Source: Hormiphora californensis (taxonomy: Eukaryota > Animalia > Ctenophora). Taken from it: 64,000 nt of DNA. The position numbers were made by a program, and so were the translations under genes. Below, piece by piece: positions 11,679-24,942 of the stretch. The DNA lies in assembly GCA_020137815.1 (NCBI GenBank), contig CM035353.1, positions 3,534,001 through 3,598,000 of the forward strand, given 5' to 3'. Each line of letters begins with the position of its first letter. Position 1 is the stretch's first letter. The notes beneath the pieces were generated by a model, which did no database searches, was not told the origin of the DNA, and saw nothing but the letters and a program-made list of their open reading frames with translations.

Positions 11679-14600
11679 ATGAAGTTCCGGCAGCATAATT
11701 TGAGACGCATGGAGGTTCCGGCCACGGAGACAAGATTAGCAATAGAATCGGACGAAGAGCTGATTGCCATCATAAGCGAACCCCCGGCGAGTAGATCCGC
11801 TTTCGGAGGACTAGCTATCTTCAAGGACCCAACGGTAGAGAACCCAAGAGCCTTAATTGTAATGCATCCAAACAAAGCCCGACAATTCGAGCTGATCGCA
11901 TCACATTCCACCAGGGACATGGTGACGATTCGTGGGCAAGCAGACGGTATCATAGTAGGATCAATATACTGGTCCCACTCCAAACCGGAAACTCCCCTAG
12001 AATTAGAAAGGACACTCCAATGGGCGGATAACCAGCCCCAGGGACTACTCATTGCAGGGGACATGAACGCTCACCATGCGGCTTGGGGGCTGGACACAAA
12101 CAGGAGGGGAACCAAACTGAAGGATGTAATGGATACCTACGGAATGGTAGTGTGCAACGACCACGGAGCCATAACCAGAGAGCAAAATGGAGCTAAAACA
12201 TCCATCGATCTGACGTTCAGCAGCACCAGCCTCCTGCCGGCACTCCACAATTGGGCAGTTACGGATTTAAACCATGGCTCTGACCATAATGTGATAAATT
12301 TCGAGATACAATCAAAGTCTAAACTCAATAGGAACCAAAAGATGAGCAATAAAACTGAGTACACCCTCATGAACAACCAATTAGAGAAGGAACTCTCCTC
12401 AACATACTGGCGACCCGCCAGTAACGTGACACAGTTGATCCAAAAGGCAAAGAACCTGACTAACGCGATACAGGAGGCAAAGAAGAAAGCTTCATTTGAA
12501 ATATACATCACGAATAAGCCTCAAAGGGAGTGGTTTACAGCCAGGTTAAGGAGGCTCAGAACATCAGCACACGAGGCTGAACAGGCATGGAAACAAGATA
12601 GGGACAATGAATCTCTTAGGAGGGACCTCCAGAGAGCAATGCGAAAGTATCGGAAAGCTCTCAAGAAAACCAAAAAAAGAGAATGGAGGAAATTCTGTAC
12701 CAGTATTGAAGGGAAAAGAGCAAATGAGGTCATCAAGGTGATGTCGAAAAAGAAACCTGATCAAGGCCTCCCGTCAATGACAGTTAATGGCAGGCCTCTG
12801 GGCTCAACATCGGAGAACCTTAACCATATGATGGATGTCCTTATCGGAGGGGAACCATCAGCATCGGGACCGGCACCCCCTGAAAGATCTACGTCATCTT
12901 GGGAAGAACTGGTAAGGAGCACTAGGCTGGCAGAAACGGTAGTCAACGAGGGAAGATTGAAAATGGCTCTGGATACAGTAAGAAATCCGAATTCTGCACC
13001 GGGACCAGATGGGATATTTTGGAGAGACCTGATCAAGTGCTCTCCGGCACTCAGGGACCCGTTGATAAGTATCTTCAGGGACTGCATCAGCTTTGGTGCA
13101 ATACCCGATGATTGGTGCAAGACCAGGGGCGTCTTTATTCCAAAACCGGGTAGAAACCAGCAAGAACCCAGGGGGTTCCGTACGATAACGTTAGCAGCCA
13201 CCCTATTCAAATTGATTGAAAAGTTGATAATACTTCATTTGCAAATCGATCTAGACATTTACAGTAGGGTTCATCCTCTCCAATTCGGGTTCAAGCCGGG
13301 GTCTGGATGTGACCAGGCTCATCACTGTCTCACCACGAAAATAGAGCAGGCCCTAGCAAACAAGGAGATCGCAGTAGCGATATTCTGCGACATTCGTGGC
13401 GCCTTTGACAATGTGAAAAAAGGGAAGCTGATAGAACATTTACAGAGGCATGGGTGCGAGGAGCCATTCCTAAACATATTTGAGCAGTTCCTAGAAACAA
13501 GAACTATATCAATTGAACAAGGGAACGAAACTTCGTCCAGAAAGAACATGCCAGGAGGTGCTCAGGGAACTGGTGGAATGCCTCTAAAATGGTCGACAGG
13601 TACCACCAGCCTTCTCAATACTGTCAACCAAAAGGAGCACCTACAGGCGCTCGCGGACGATCTGGCGGCACTGATCAGGGGGACAGACTTGGACGACATT
13701 ATGGCAAGGGGACAATGGGTCATAGATAAAATTTCGGAATGGTGTGAAGAGATGGGACTAGAGTTAGAAACTTCGAAATCAAAGTACATGATTCTGACCC
13801 ACAGGAAAGGCATCAACACCAATATGAATCTTTTTTATAAAGGGTGCCCCTTGGAGCGTGTGAGAGAATACAAATACTTAGGTGTATGGTATGACCAATC
13901 TCTCACATGGGCCACCCACTTCAAAAGAATAGCAGCAGAGGCCAGCAAGGTGGAGGCGATAGCAACTAGGATGGTGGGAAGGGAATGGGGGATGACAGAG
14001 CAGACGCAGACCTGGCTGTGGACGGCGGTGATGATGTCCAAACTTCTTTACGGCTGCCATATCACTATGCCAGGGCTGCAGAGGAAAGGGACACTCGAGA
14101 AAATACAGAATGTCACATACCAGGCTACAAAAAGAATAGGGAAAACATCTGCCACTGCCCCAAAATACATCACCAATGCCATATCCAAACTGGAATCGGT
14201 TGAAGGGGCGATGACTCGTAGAGCGATCTGTACGCAAGCCAAAAATCGAACTACGACGTACACTCCTCTGCGAAAGGGTGAAAACTGGAAAGGTCATGAA
14301 ACCTTGATAAGAGGTTTCACAAATGAGGCAACAGGCGAACTCAAACTGGATCTGTGCACTCCAAAATTTATGGACACTCGGTTCACGGTAATAACACCAC
14401 CAGATAAGCTGGAGCCAGGGTACGATAGTGAGGGTCTCCACATCTACACCGACGGGTCAATCCAGAAAGGGGGCAAAGCAGGGAGTGGATGGGTTATATA
14501 CGAGGAAGGACAAGAAATTCAGACAGGGAAAAGCAGACTGCACCACAGGGCTACAATAGGACAGGCAGAGGCGAGGGCAATTTGTGGGGCTGCTGAGGAC

Positions 14601-15371
14601 ATCATGAGTCTGATCAACGGAAGGCAACTTACATATATGTCTGTGACCATATACACAGACAGCCAGACCGTGATCAGACAACTGATGTCCAAACCATACA
14701 GGAGCCACACAGTGCTGAAGTTAGCCACCACACTGGATAAGCTCGCTGAGTGGACTCCCGTTACCATCAGCTACTGCCAGGCACATGTAGGAATCAAAGG
14801 GAACGAAAGGGCTGACTCTCTGGCGAAGACGGCGGCATCTATGGAAGCCACGGAAGATGTCGACCACAGACTCGCTGTCTCCCAAGTGAAACGGTTAGCG
14901 CATGATCTAGGCAAAAAAGTTTCCAGGGAGGGGCTTGATTTCATCAGGAGCCGTCTGAAAACCACCAACAAACTGATGGGAGAAATCAATGCCTTGATCA
15001 ATAAAACCACCGAAGAGGAGCTGAAGAAGATGGGTCACGGAAGCCTAAAGAGAGTCAAGAACTTTCTATCAAATAGGGGGGAGCTCAGAGAGTTCATGCA
15101 CAGGAGGGGTTTGGCGCAGAGTCCCTCCTGCAGGTTCTGTGAGTTGGAAGGGGAGGACAACGTACACATCCTCTGTAGCTGCCCCTGCCTAGCTCGGACC
15201 AGACTACAGGAGCTAGGAGAGTTCTATATCCCCCCTACCTCAGTAAGACACCTGACGCTCAGGAGCATAGACAACTTCTTGGAAAAATGCAACGTTATGT
15301 CCGCCCCCTCAGATGACTCGGAACAAAATGCTGACTCAGACTCAGATACAGACTCATCAGAGGATATGTAA
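11679..15371 (+). mobile_element. Non-LTR retrotransposon ORF2 (APE endonuclease - RT - RNase H - CCHC), I-group, LOA/Lian-like
   Basis: Uninterrupted 1230 aa. APE motifs ISEP, AGDMNAHH, SIDLTF, GSDH; RT motifs APGPDG, FIPKPGR, QFGF, DIRGAFDNV, ALADD, YKYLGV; RNase H motifs YTDGS, AEARAI, YTDSQ, HVGIKGNERAD; C-terminal CRFC-x8-H-x4-C. Clade call is by recalled motif similarity. Confidence 0.95.
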
Positions 15372-16384
15372 TTTTCTATACATTTCTACTCTCCACTTCG
15401 AAGCTCTCTTTTGACCCCCTCTCGTTCCCATTGAACTACGGTCCCGAATACATCTTCATGGCATGCGACACTGATCTGAAGTTATCTTCTGATGACCGTT
15501 CCTGATACAGCTAACATATACCTCTTGCTCTACAACCCACCATCAAAATTCCATCAAACAAGGCCTGTGCTACCTCAGAGCGGACCTACACTCGGATAAG
15601 ATCCATTGACATCCTCAATACACGGCATAATCTAAACCACAGGAATCTCCAACAACCGCTAACCATTCATCAACTCCACACGCCTAACGGACTCCAACCC
15701 CGTTGCCCGTAATCTCGAGGCTACCGATTGCACCCTCACTACTTCTTATGCTTCTCTCGGGGTGCTGTCTCTCGGCCAGCTCACGAGATCTATGACTATT
15801 ATCACTACATATACCTCATAGACTCATTACCTGATACCAACATCCCTCGCTACTTCTAGTAATGCCCTCTGGATGGTGACTACCTCGACAAAAACCGAGC
15901 ATAATGCAGCGGTAACTTTCACTGTCACCCTGACTGGATCTACATGTTACAATCTGTGACCTGAGACATCGACCACACTAAACCCTTCATAACATCAACT
16001 ACTCCGGATGGATTCCAACCCTGTTGCCCATTATCTTGCGGCTAAAACTGCACCCTCGCTACCTCTAATGCTTCTCTCTGGATGCTGTCTATCGGCCAGC
16101 TTACGGAAACTTCTACTGTTACCTCTCCAACAAGTTTATCAAACACAAACGAAATATTCTCCAAACTTTTCGTAAATGAAAGATTCCTTCGAGATATGCG
16201 TCTCATGACATCTACTGAATCCTCATTCTACCTCATTCCAACCCCACATATATAATACCAACAACGTTCACCATGTCCCTCTGCCACTTCCTCATCGATC
16301 TCTGGAACACTTAACTGTGGGTTTCATGAGGCCCTGACCTGCTAAAATGCACCCTTCTATATGCTAGTCAAAATCATACACTCC

Positions 16385-16878
16385 AGTGTCATTCTCAACA
16401 TCCGCAAACAACTCAGCAACCCCTTCATAAGCCTCTTGGACTCATCACCTGCTTTCAACAAACCTCGCTACCACCCCTCTGAAGTGTCATTCTCAACATC
16501 CGCAAACAATTCAGCAAACCCTCCATAAGCCTCTTGGACTCATCACCTGCTTTCAACAAACCTCGCTACCACCCCTCTGAAGTGTCATTCTCAACATCCG
16601 CAAACAACTCAGCAAACCCTCCTCAAGCCTCTTGGACTCATCACCTGCTTTCAACAAACCTCGCTACCACCCCTCTGAAGTGTCATTCTCAACATCCGCA
16701 AACAATTCAGCAAACCCTCCATAAGCCTCTTGGACTCATCACCTGCTTTCAACAAACCTCGCTACCACCCCTCTGAAGTGTCATTCTCAACATCCACAAA
16801 CAATCCAGCAACCCCTCCACAAGCCCCTTGGACTCATCACCTGCTTTCAACAAACCTCGCTACCACCCCTCTGAAGTG
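16385..16878 (+). repeat. 98-bp tandem repeat x5
   Basis: Units start AGTGTCATTCTCAACATCC at 16385, 16483, 16581, 16679 and 16777. Confidence 0.95.
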
Positions 16879-18211
16879 AGTCTATCTCGACAACAACCGA
16901 TATGCATGTTACTAGGGTTACTCTCACTGTCGCCCTTGCTGAATTCACACGTCCCAATCTGCTATCCGAGAGACCGACCACGCGATATCATTACTAACAA
17001 CACTAATCTCTCTCTCTCTTTCTATCGCGGGAGACCATCAGCTCGTTCCCACCAATATCATTCATTCAGACCCTTCAAAAACGAGCTACGGCAAGCTTAA
17101 CTGTCGGATTTAGAGTGGCCCCTACCATTTAAACTACCTTCTGCTTTGTGCCTGCCCAACCTGGGCACGTCAGTGCCATTCGGAATAACTTGGTTCAACC
17201 CAATACCTCTTTCCCCAAACCTCTCCAACATCTACTAACTAGTCAACATTCCTTCATCCGCCTCATGGACCCCAGCTCGACAACAACTGTGATATGCCGT
17301 TGCGAATATTGACCCCGCCTCGAGGAACAATCGTATCTTCTTCCCATCCAATACCACAGACCAATGACTGTACACTGCTACCAGAAACATCATCAACACT
17401 CTTACCCCAGACCAACATATGGTTGCCACTGGTAGTCTTCAATTAATCCTCCCATATCGATTTCGGGCAATCTGCTGGTATCAGAGAGACCCTTATTAAT
17501 TAAGCTACCCCTGCAATACGCTTGCCCAACCAGTGCATCTCAGTGTCATTCGTGGATCAACTGATAACCTCATTCCTCAAACCTCTCCAACATCTGCTAA
17601 CCATGGTCAATATTCCTTCACCCGCCTCATGGACCCCAACCCCATCCCCGTCACCCATTACATCGCTGCCGCCACTATCCCTTACTGCTTGAAATGCTTC
17701 TCTCGGAACGCTGTCAATTGTGAGTACAGCCAAGGTATGCGAGCTGCCGTCATTACTGCCGGCCCGCGCCTCGGGAAACAGCCAAATATGCTTTCCTCCC
17801 ACCCAACACCTAAAACCACTGACCATAGAGTTAGAGATACCTCCTTTCAGCACCTAGAATACCTACTTGGATTTTGATTTAGAAAGTCATGGTATCAAGG
17901 AATCACCTTACACTGCGGCCCAAGCTGAGACTACTAATTTCTGAGAATAAACAACTCAGTTGAACACTTCACAACATCCACTCTTCTGACTCAGACCTCC
18001 AGCACATGATTGCAGTAAAGATGCTTGTCTAGAAACTGTCCACTCTACCACCCGGTTCCATATCACATCTCTAACCTCAGACTTTTGATCTATCCTGACC
18101 GATCTCGTTATCCGCATCGAAAATCAACACTGTTAATAAAAATGAAACACCAGCAGTGTAATCCATCTATTCATCATATGTCAGCGACTTGGCACCCTGG
18201 ACGACTATAGG

Positions 18212-18440
18212 TACGATTACCTTCGCGGACGACACCAAAAGCCACCAAGCCATTACTGGCTTACATTACTGGCCATTACTGGCTGGAAGACATGAATGCT
18301 CTACAAGAAATCTAGAGCACCCCAGGTGAATTGCGGAATGTCAAAATCCGAACTACCGGGAAAGGTTGGAACAGCTGGGAATCTTATCTCTTCGACCGGA
18401 GTGGAGATACAGCAAAACAATTGGGGAAAATTTGTTGGGC
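18212..18440 (+). pseudogene. CR1/L2-group LINE RT relic
   Basis: TITFADDTK at ~18213-18240 and IAECQNPNYRERLEQLGILSL at ~18330-18392 resemble the CR1 RT core and C-terminal 'Y.ERL..L.L.SL' motifs; heavily deleted. Confidence 0.55.
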
Positions 18441-21400
18441 TTCCCCCCCGTACCGGGGTTCCTTCCGACCATCTTTGCCCCGGCATAACAGGATTCAAGG
18501 TATTTAAACCAGCACGACACACTGAAACTTCTTTGGGGTTTGGGGGCCCAGCATTTTAAAAAATCTCGCTAAATTTCGATTGGGTTTAAAACTGTCGAAA
18601 AAATGAAAATTAAACTGGGGCTTTCCCTTGGGTTCACGGTCTACATAGGGGGAAAAAACCCCCTTGTCACCCACCAGGGGAAAACTTTGGGTTATTTTTC
18701 ACCTCACCCCTTCACCTCCCATGAACACATCATTGCTCACATGCTTTTTGCAATGCGTTTTTTTAAAAGGGTTTTTAAATTTTTGGAAATCTATATACGT
18801 TATTTTTTCCAAAATTTTTAATTGTTTTTAGTAAATACCCATTTACCTACACCCAGAGCTGGCTCCAGGGGGGTGATAGCACACCCCCCCCCCCCAATTC
18901 AACACTGTCTGAGACCATTTGGATTGGGAAACCACCCACCACAAAATACAAAGTTTACAGTAAAATTTTTTGACAGATCACAACCGATTTTTAATCACCA
19001 TGAAAAAAGGGGAGAGGAGGCATTGTAATTCAAATCTAAAAATAGCGCCCAAATTTAAAACCCCAAATTGCTTATTATTTAAAAATTTCCCCCCGGGGCA
19101 ATTTGGGGAACAGTGGCCTTGGGCCACTAAAAACCCCCCAGAAAATTCGTGGGCCAGCCCGCCTAACCCCCCAACCCAAACTTTAAAACCCCGACCCCGG
19201 GTTTAACGAAATAACACCCCCCAATTTCCCTAATTTTAAAATGATATTTTTTTAAAAAAACGAAAATCATGAAATTAGAAAAAAAAAAAGACGCTAAAAA
19301 CATACTCAAACAGGATCTTTTTTGGATCCCATTTAAGATGGGGGGGTTCTAACACTTGGGAAAAGCTTCGGTGCTGTCCCTATAGGCCCCGTTCTTGCCA
19401 CACGAGCGCTTTTTTAACCCCGGGCTTCACATTCACCTCTTCTTCCTTTTTTTAAAAAACAAGCCGACACGATTGGACAAAGGAAACCAAAAGGGCACAC
19501 CTGGCGTGTCTTATCACCCCCCTAAAAAAAAACCTTTTGTCGGGGGGGCTTATCCTTTTTTTTGGAATTGGTTGGGGAGGCGGGCCCCTAGCACAGCGAT
19601 CCCAACTCGCGCCTACTCAATTTAGTCGAAAGGGGGCGAGGGTAAAGAATAAACATTTAAAATCCCGGAGTAATTTTGGAATTACGAATAGCAATTTTAT
19701 CATAAAAGCTCAATCCCAAAATAAAAACACATGGGAACCCTGAATAAGACATCAAAGGCTGTGTTCTGTCCCTATTGTCTGTTTTATTTTTGTGTGAATT
19801 TATATATCTGGGGTAAAAATCGCCATTCTCTTTTTTAGACTTTGAGCACTAAAGACCCCTACCCCCCCACCCAAACTTTAGAAGTGTCACCCGGAGTTCG
19901 AACAAAAAAACGAAAAGGCACCTCCGAAAACCCCGTTGAAAATTTCCCCCTAACTTGTTTTTTTGATTATTCGCAAGAAACTGGGGAAAGTCCCCGGGGC
20001 GGAGATGCGAAAAAGTGCAACCCCTTTAACCCTGGGGGCTGCCCAAGTGTCTTGCAATACAAGACTCTGACAATAAAATGCAATGAAACAAAAGACCCCA
20101 ACAAAACGATAGACGGTTAATGGCGTTTGCCCCAAGGCGGTTGGACCAAAAGGGCCCCCCCCCAAAAATTTTTGGCACGGGGAATCAAACTTTTTTAAAA
20201 CCCCANNNNNNNNNNNNNNNNNNNNNNNNNNNNNNNNNNNNNNNNNNNNNNNNNNNNNNNNNNNNNNNNNNNNNNNNNNNNNNNNNNNNNNNNNNNNNNN
20301 NNNNNGTAGACAGAGAAGAGAGAGAGAGAGAGAGAGAGAGGATAGAGAGGAGAGAGAGAGAGAGAAGAGAGAGAGATTAGGGATGGGGTTGAGAGGGTAG
20401 AGTAGTAAGAGGAGGAAATGGTATCACGTTTGTGTAAGACAATCTTTGTTTTGCACTGGGCCTGGGAAATCTTTGTTTTGCACTGGGAAATCTTCACAGT
20501 TTGCGGGGGGGGGGGGGGGGTCCAAGGATCAAAAATGCACTTTTCTGAGGTTTACATATGTGATGTAACTCGGAGGTATGAAAGTTTTGGATAGGGTAGC
20601 TGCATGTATCAGGAAGCCCTGTTTTTGGGTTTTTTGCCTAAAAATCGAGAATCTCGAAAATCTCAATAAATATGAGAGTGATCTTCTTGTGAACATGAAA
20701 GATAAAAGACGGAGATCGAATCAATGATATCAGTAATTTTGATAGTTAATATCTCCTTCCATGGTGCTGATGCACACCCATGCCCTCTGTACAACAACGT
20801 TGAATGGGGAAATCTGAGCAAGCATTCGAAAAATGGTGACGCGGTAGCAATGGTACCCATTGGTACCATGTCACGTGAGTTACGGTAATACGACTACAAG
20901 CAGCACTGTTAGAGTACAATATCAGCTACTAGCGAATAGAGGCTGAATTTTCACATTCAATTTCGTGTAACAATTAAATCATACGGGGGAGGGGCCAGTA
21001 CTACATAATTTCTATATATGTAGCTTGGTTGATTGTGTAGCCTCTCTCGGGAGCTGTCAAAGCCTGTAGATAGAGATAGAGATAGAGCTTTACTAGCTTG
21101 ACGAGCTTGACTATCTTCTCGTAGAAATACGTTCTTGACAACATGAACGTAGCTAGACTTGATGCCCCCCTTTATTGCTGAGCTGCACTCACGTCACTGA
21201 GTTGCGTCAGTGTGGGCGCAAAAGGATCACCCCCACCGGCCTGAACCTGGGAACACCACTCCACATCCTTACCCTTTTTGCCATCTCTGGTGTGTCCACC
21301 CCTGTGGAGCTGTGGGTACTAACCCGGAACATGTCCTGGGAGAGCATGTTCTATCTGGAGGATATCCACCACGATATCCGCCATTATCTGATCCATGTTA

Positions 21401-21498
21401 GTCTGTACATGTTAAGTGGTGGCACTGGGCAGCTACCTATTCTCGGTGTACCAGAAATACGGAGTTGAGGCAGTCATTCGGTCCTCCCTTTACCCCCT

Positions 21499-22134
21499 GG
21501 TAGGCGGACTCTAGTGCTACACTCTAAGTCTACAGTGGACTCTATATCTAAATTTAGATTTAGACAAAGAGTCCAAATAAGTCTAAACTCTAGGAGGACT
21601 CTATATCTAAAAAGTCTACACAGGGCGGACTCTTTATCTAAAAAGTCTACAAAGGGCGGACTCTATATCTACATAAATCTAAATTAGAAATAGAGTCCGC
21701 CATTCTCAGCGAACTCGAGATTTCGGCCGTTAGGACAGGAAGGAAACGAGAGTTTGCTGTACTTATACTATTTAGAGTGTTAGGCTTTGGTGTTAGGGTT
21801 AGGTTTTGGGTTGGTTTAGGATTTTAGACATAGAGTCCGGTTTGGGGGATTTGGTGCCAAAATGTACCAGGGGACTCTATGTCTAAAAATTCTACACAGG
21901 GTGGACTCTATGTCTAAAAAGTCTACATTGGGCGGACTCTTTATCTAAATTATTTTCAAAGTATAACTGTAGATAAAGAGTCCGCTTTTAGATATAGAGT
22001 CCCTTTACCCTAACCTCGAACCCAAATAACGGCTTCTAAATAAGTATATAGAGGCACAGCAAACTCTCGTTTCCGGGCCTACGGCCGAAATCTCGGGTTC
22101 GCTTTTCGTGATTTTAGTACTAGAGTCCGCACAC
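21499..22134. mobile_element. MITE with GGTAGGCGGACTCTAGTGCTA TIR and internal GGACTCTATATCTAAA repeats
   Basis: Inverted ends; a related inverted copy lies at 26255-26582. Confidence 0.75.
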
Positions 22135-22876
22135 GTCGAGCGAATAGCGCCACTCCCGCAAACTCACCGGCCTTATAGTGGTGGTTGCTAGTGGAGAAGC
22201 GGATAACGTCGACCGGCCTCCGAAGTAATGTGTGTGACATGTGTGATCCAAATGGACGGATCTACATTTTAAGTACAGTCGGACCCCGATTAAGTGGCAT
22301 CCTCGGGGTAAAAGGTTAATTTTTCCACTAAATCGGTAGCCATGGTAGACTGATTGAACTGAAATTTGACCGGCTTATATACTGCGTGTTTGTCAGAGGT
22401 TGTATGTCACCACCAAAACTTGCCTAGCTAGACTCTGTTTCGCGCGCCCCAAATGTAAATTGGAGGGTTAGAACCAAAACCTGGTGTACCTGATAACGAG
22501 GGGGTCTGGCGGAGAGCACCTAAATTTAGCAACAGTAGGTTATTAGTATAAGTAGCTGTCACGTGATTTCAATAGTCACGTGACAGCCTGTCTGACAAGG
22601 TGGTCCGGACCGACCAATGCATAATAGTCACGTGACCTCTTAAGTAACCTAGGTAAGGTGAGTGAGAGGAAAAGAGAGAAAACATATCAGATCACATTTC
22701 CAAACCCCAGTGAGAGAAAACAAAAATCGGGGTCCGAACGTATAATACATAGTAAGATGGCCAGATCTGATCGCTGATCAATCTGTGCGAGATGATCAAG
22801 TTTGATCAGTCTGTGCATATGTTTTATGAAAAACAAAAATACAGAAATTTTCATAAATGCAATGTATATTAATTAA

Positions 22877-23491
22877 TTAACCCGTGGGAGCCTCACAAAT
22901 GATCTTCCTCCCCTCGTTACAGTGTGAATGATGGTACTGCCATCTCCAGCTGTTGTTGTTCCTATGGGTCAACATGCAAGGCAAATTGTGGTTGTCAGTG
23001 GTGTGTCCAGGGTGCACCCTGGCATTCAACTTTTTATTAATTTCCCTCATATCCTCTCCACTAGCGGTGTAAAAATCTCCGACGTTTTTGCTACCTGGTC
23101 TACTGTTGCAGATACTTCCCATAAAGTGCCAATCGTTATGTCTCATCACGTTCTGTTCCACCCACTGGTACTCCTCTCGATCGTTAGGCTGAAAGATATG
23201 AGCCTGGTGTCTGTTGCAATGTTGCTCACCATCCCGCCAATGCTTGTGCCCAGCCTCAATGTAACACTTGTTCTTCCACTTTTTCCATCCTCCCATGCAC
23301 TGGGGCTGGCCTGTCTTGATCCTGAACTGGGGGGACCAGTTTCCGAGGTGTCGGATACGGCAGTTGGTAGGAACAGGCCGTACGTAGTATCCATCAAAGG
23401 CACCGCCACCGCCGATATCCTTGCCGTAATCCGTGCAGATGACATTAGCAGCGGAGGTGACTCCGATAAGGAGAACAAAACAGAGTAGCAT
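22877..23491 (-). CDS. Secreted C-type-lectin-like domain protein, copy A (204 aa, intronless)
   Basis: Signal peptide MLLCFVLLIGVTSA; CTLD pattern CxxGWxxWxNKCY, WxxxExHC, NxxEE and terminal C...W...C...ICE; no EPN/QPD or WND motif. Confidence 0.85.
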   Translation of the reverse strand: MLLCFVLLIGVTSAANVICTDYGKDIGGGGAFDGYYVRPVPTNCRIRHLGNWSPQFRIKTGQPQCMGGWKKWKNKCYIEAGHKHWRDGEQHCNRHQAHIFQPNDREEYQWVEQNVMRHNDWHFMGSICNSRPGSKNVGDFYTASGEDMREINKKLNARVHPGHTTDNHNLPCMLTHRNNNSWRWQYHHSHCNEGRKIICEAPTG

Positions 23492-24324
23492 GATGTGTCA
23501 CTCGTGCTTAAGTATTGGCTAAACTGATACAACTTGAACTAAGGTTTTATGTGCCTTTATTTATACCCCGCCCCGCTGCATATATTGAATATAATCCCTA
23601 GCTACGGTGTAAAAGTCTTCTACTGACGTGGCATCTGTTATAATAACAGATGCTATCAGCATATATATAACTTATATATGCTGATAGAGAGGGAAAGAGG
23701 GATTTGAGAGGCCGGTAGAGTAGCAAAAACAGGAAATGGGATGGTGATAAATCAACTATGTGATTGTGTATAAAACAATGGGGTGGGGGGGGGGGCGGTA
23801 ATGTGATCCGATCCGTGGGTGAGGGGGATCAGATCCTCCAATGTTATCCGATGCAGAGGTCGGCCGGCCTCCGAAACAATGTGTGTGTGATATGTGGTCT
23901 GAATGGATCACGGATCTGCATTTTACCGTGTGGGGCAATAAAAGTCCCCCCAAGTCTACCATAGTTCCAGATATCGTGGAGTGCTAAAACTTGGTACAGC
24001 TACTCTATGAGACAAATAAATAACTTGACCAAAATGTCAGACCTCTAGTTCAAAACTCATTTTTTTATCTGAATGAACATGGTCATTCATTCTAGAAAAA
24101 ATATTTTCCGGTCCAAAATTTAACCAAGTATGTTTGGTTATTGGAATTAAGGTGCCGGTGAAATCTAAGATTTAAGACCCTCCGAACGTATAATACATAG
24201 TAAGATGGCCAGATCTGATCGCTGATCAATCTGTGCGAGATGATCAAGTTTGATCAGTCTGTGCATATGTTTTATGAAAAACAAAAATACAGAAATTTTC
24301 ATAAATGCAATGTATATTAATTAA

Positions 24325-24942
24325 TTAACCCGTGGGAGCCTCACAAATGATCTTCCTCCCCTCGTTACAGTGTGAATGATGGTACTGCCATCTCCAGCTG
24401 TTGTTGTTCCTATGGGTCAACATGCAAGGCAAATTGTGGTTGTCAGTGGTGTGTCCAGGGTGCACCCTGGCATTCAACTTTTTATTAATTTCCCTCATAT
24501 CCTCTCCACTAGCGGTGTAAAAATCTCCGGCGCTTTTGCTACCTGGTCTACTGTTGCAGATACTTCCCATAAAGTGCCAATCATTATGTTTCATCACGTT
24601 CTGTTCCACCCACTGGTACTCCTCTCGATCGTTAGGCTGAAAGATATGAGCCTGGTGTCTGTTGCAATGTTCCTCAGCATCCCGCCAATGCCTGTGCCCA
24701 GCCTCAGAGTAACACTTGTTTTTCCACTTTTTCCATCCTCCCATGCACTGGGGCTGGCCTGTCTTGATCCTGAACTGGGGGGACCAGTTTCCAAGGTGTC
24801 GGATACGGCAGGTTTTGGGAACAGGCCGTACGTAGTATCCATCAAAGGCACCGCCGCCGCCGCCGATATCCTTGCCGTAATCCGTGCAGATGACATTAGC
24901 AGCGGAGGTGACTCCGATAAGGAGAACAAAACAGAGTAGCAT
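24325..24942 (-). CDS. Secreted C-type-lectin-like domain protein, copy B (205 aa, intronless)
   Basis: Paralog of 22877-23491 with 9 aa substitutions and one Gly insertion. Confidence 0.85.
   Translation of the reverse strand: MLLCFVLLIGVTSAANVICTDYGKDIGGGGGAFDGYYVRPVPKTCRIRHLGNWSPQFRIKTGQPQCMGGWKKWKNKCYSEAGHRHWRDAEEHCNRHQAHIFQPNDREEYQWVEQNVMKHNDWHFMGSICNSRPGSKSAGDFYTASGEDMREINKKLNARVHPGHTTDNHNLPCMLTHRNNNSWRWQYHHSHCNEGRKIICEAPTG

Noticed and set aside
11621-15010. Antisense ORFs over the LINE
   Set aside because: Shadows of the long sense ORF; no independent motifs.
18500-20205. Many short ORFs before the second gap
   Set aside because: Homopolymer-rich noisy sequence with no coherent motifs.
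21780-21830. Telomere-like TTAGGG/CCCTAA repeats (also 26281-26306)
   Set aside because: Only a few degenerate units internal to a MITE family; not a telomere.
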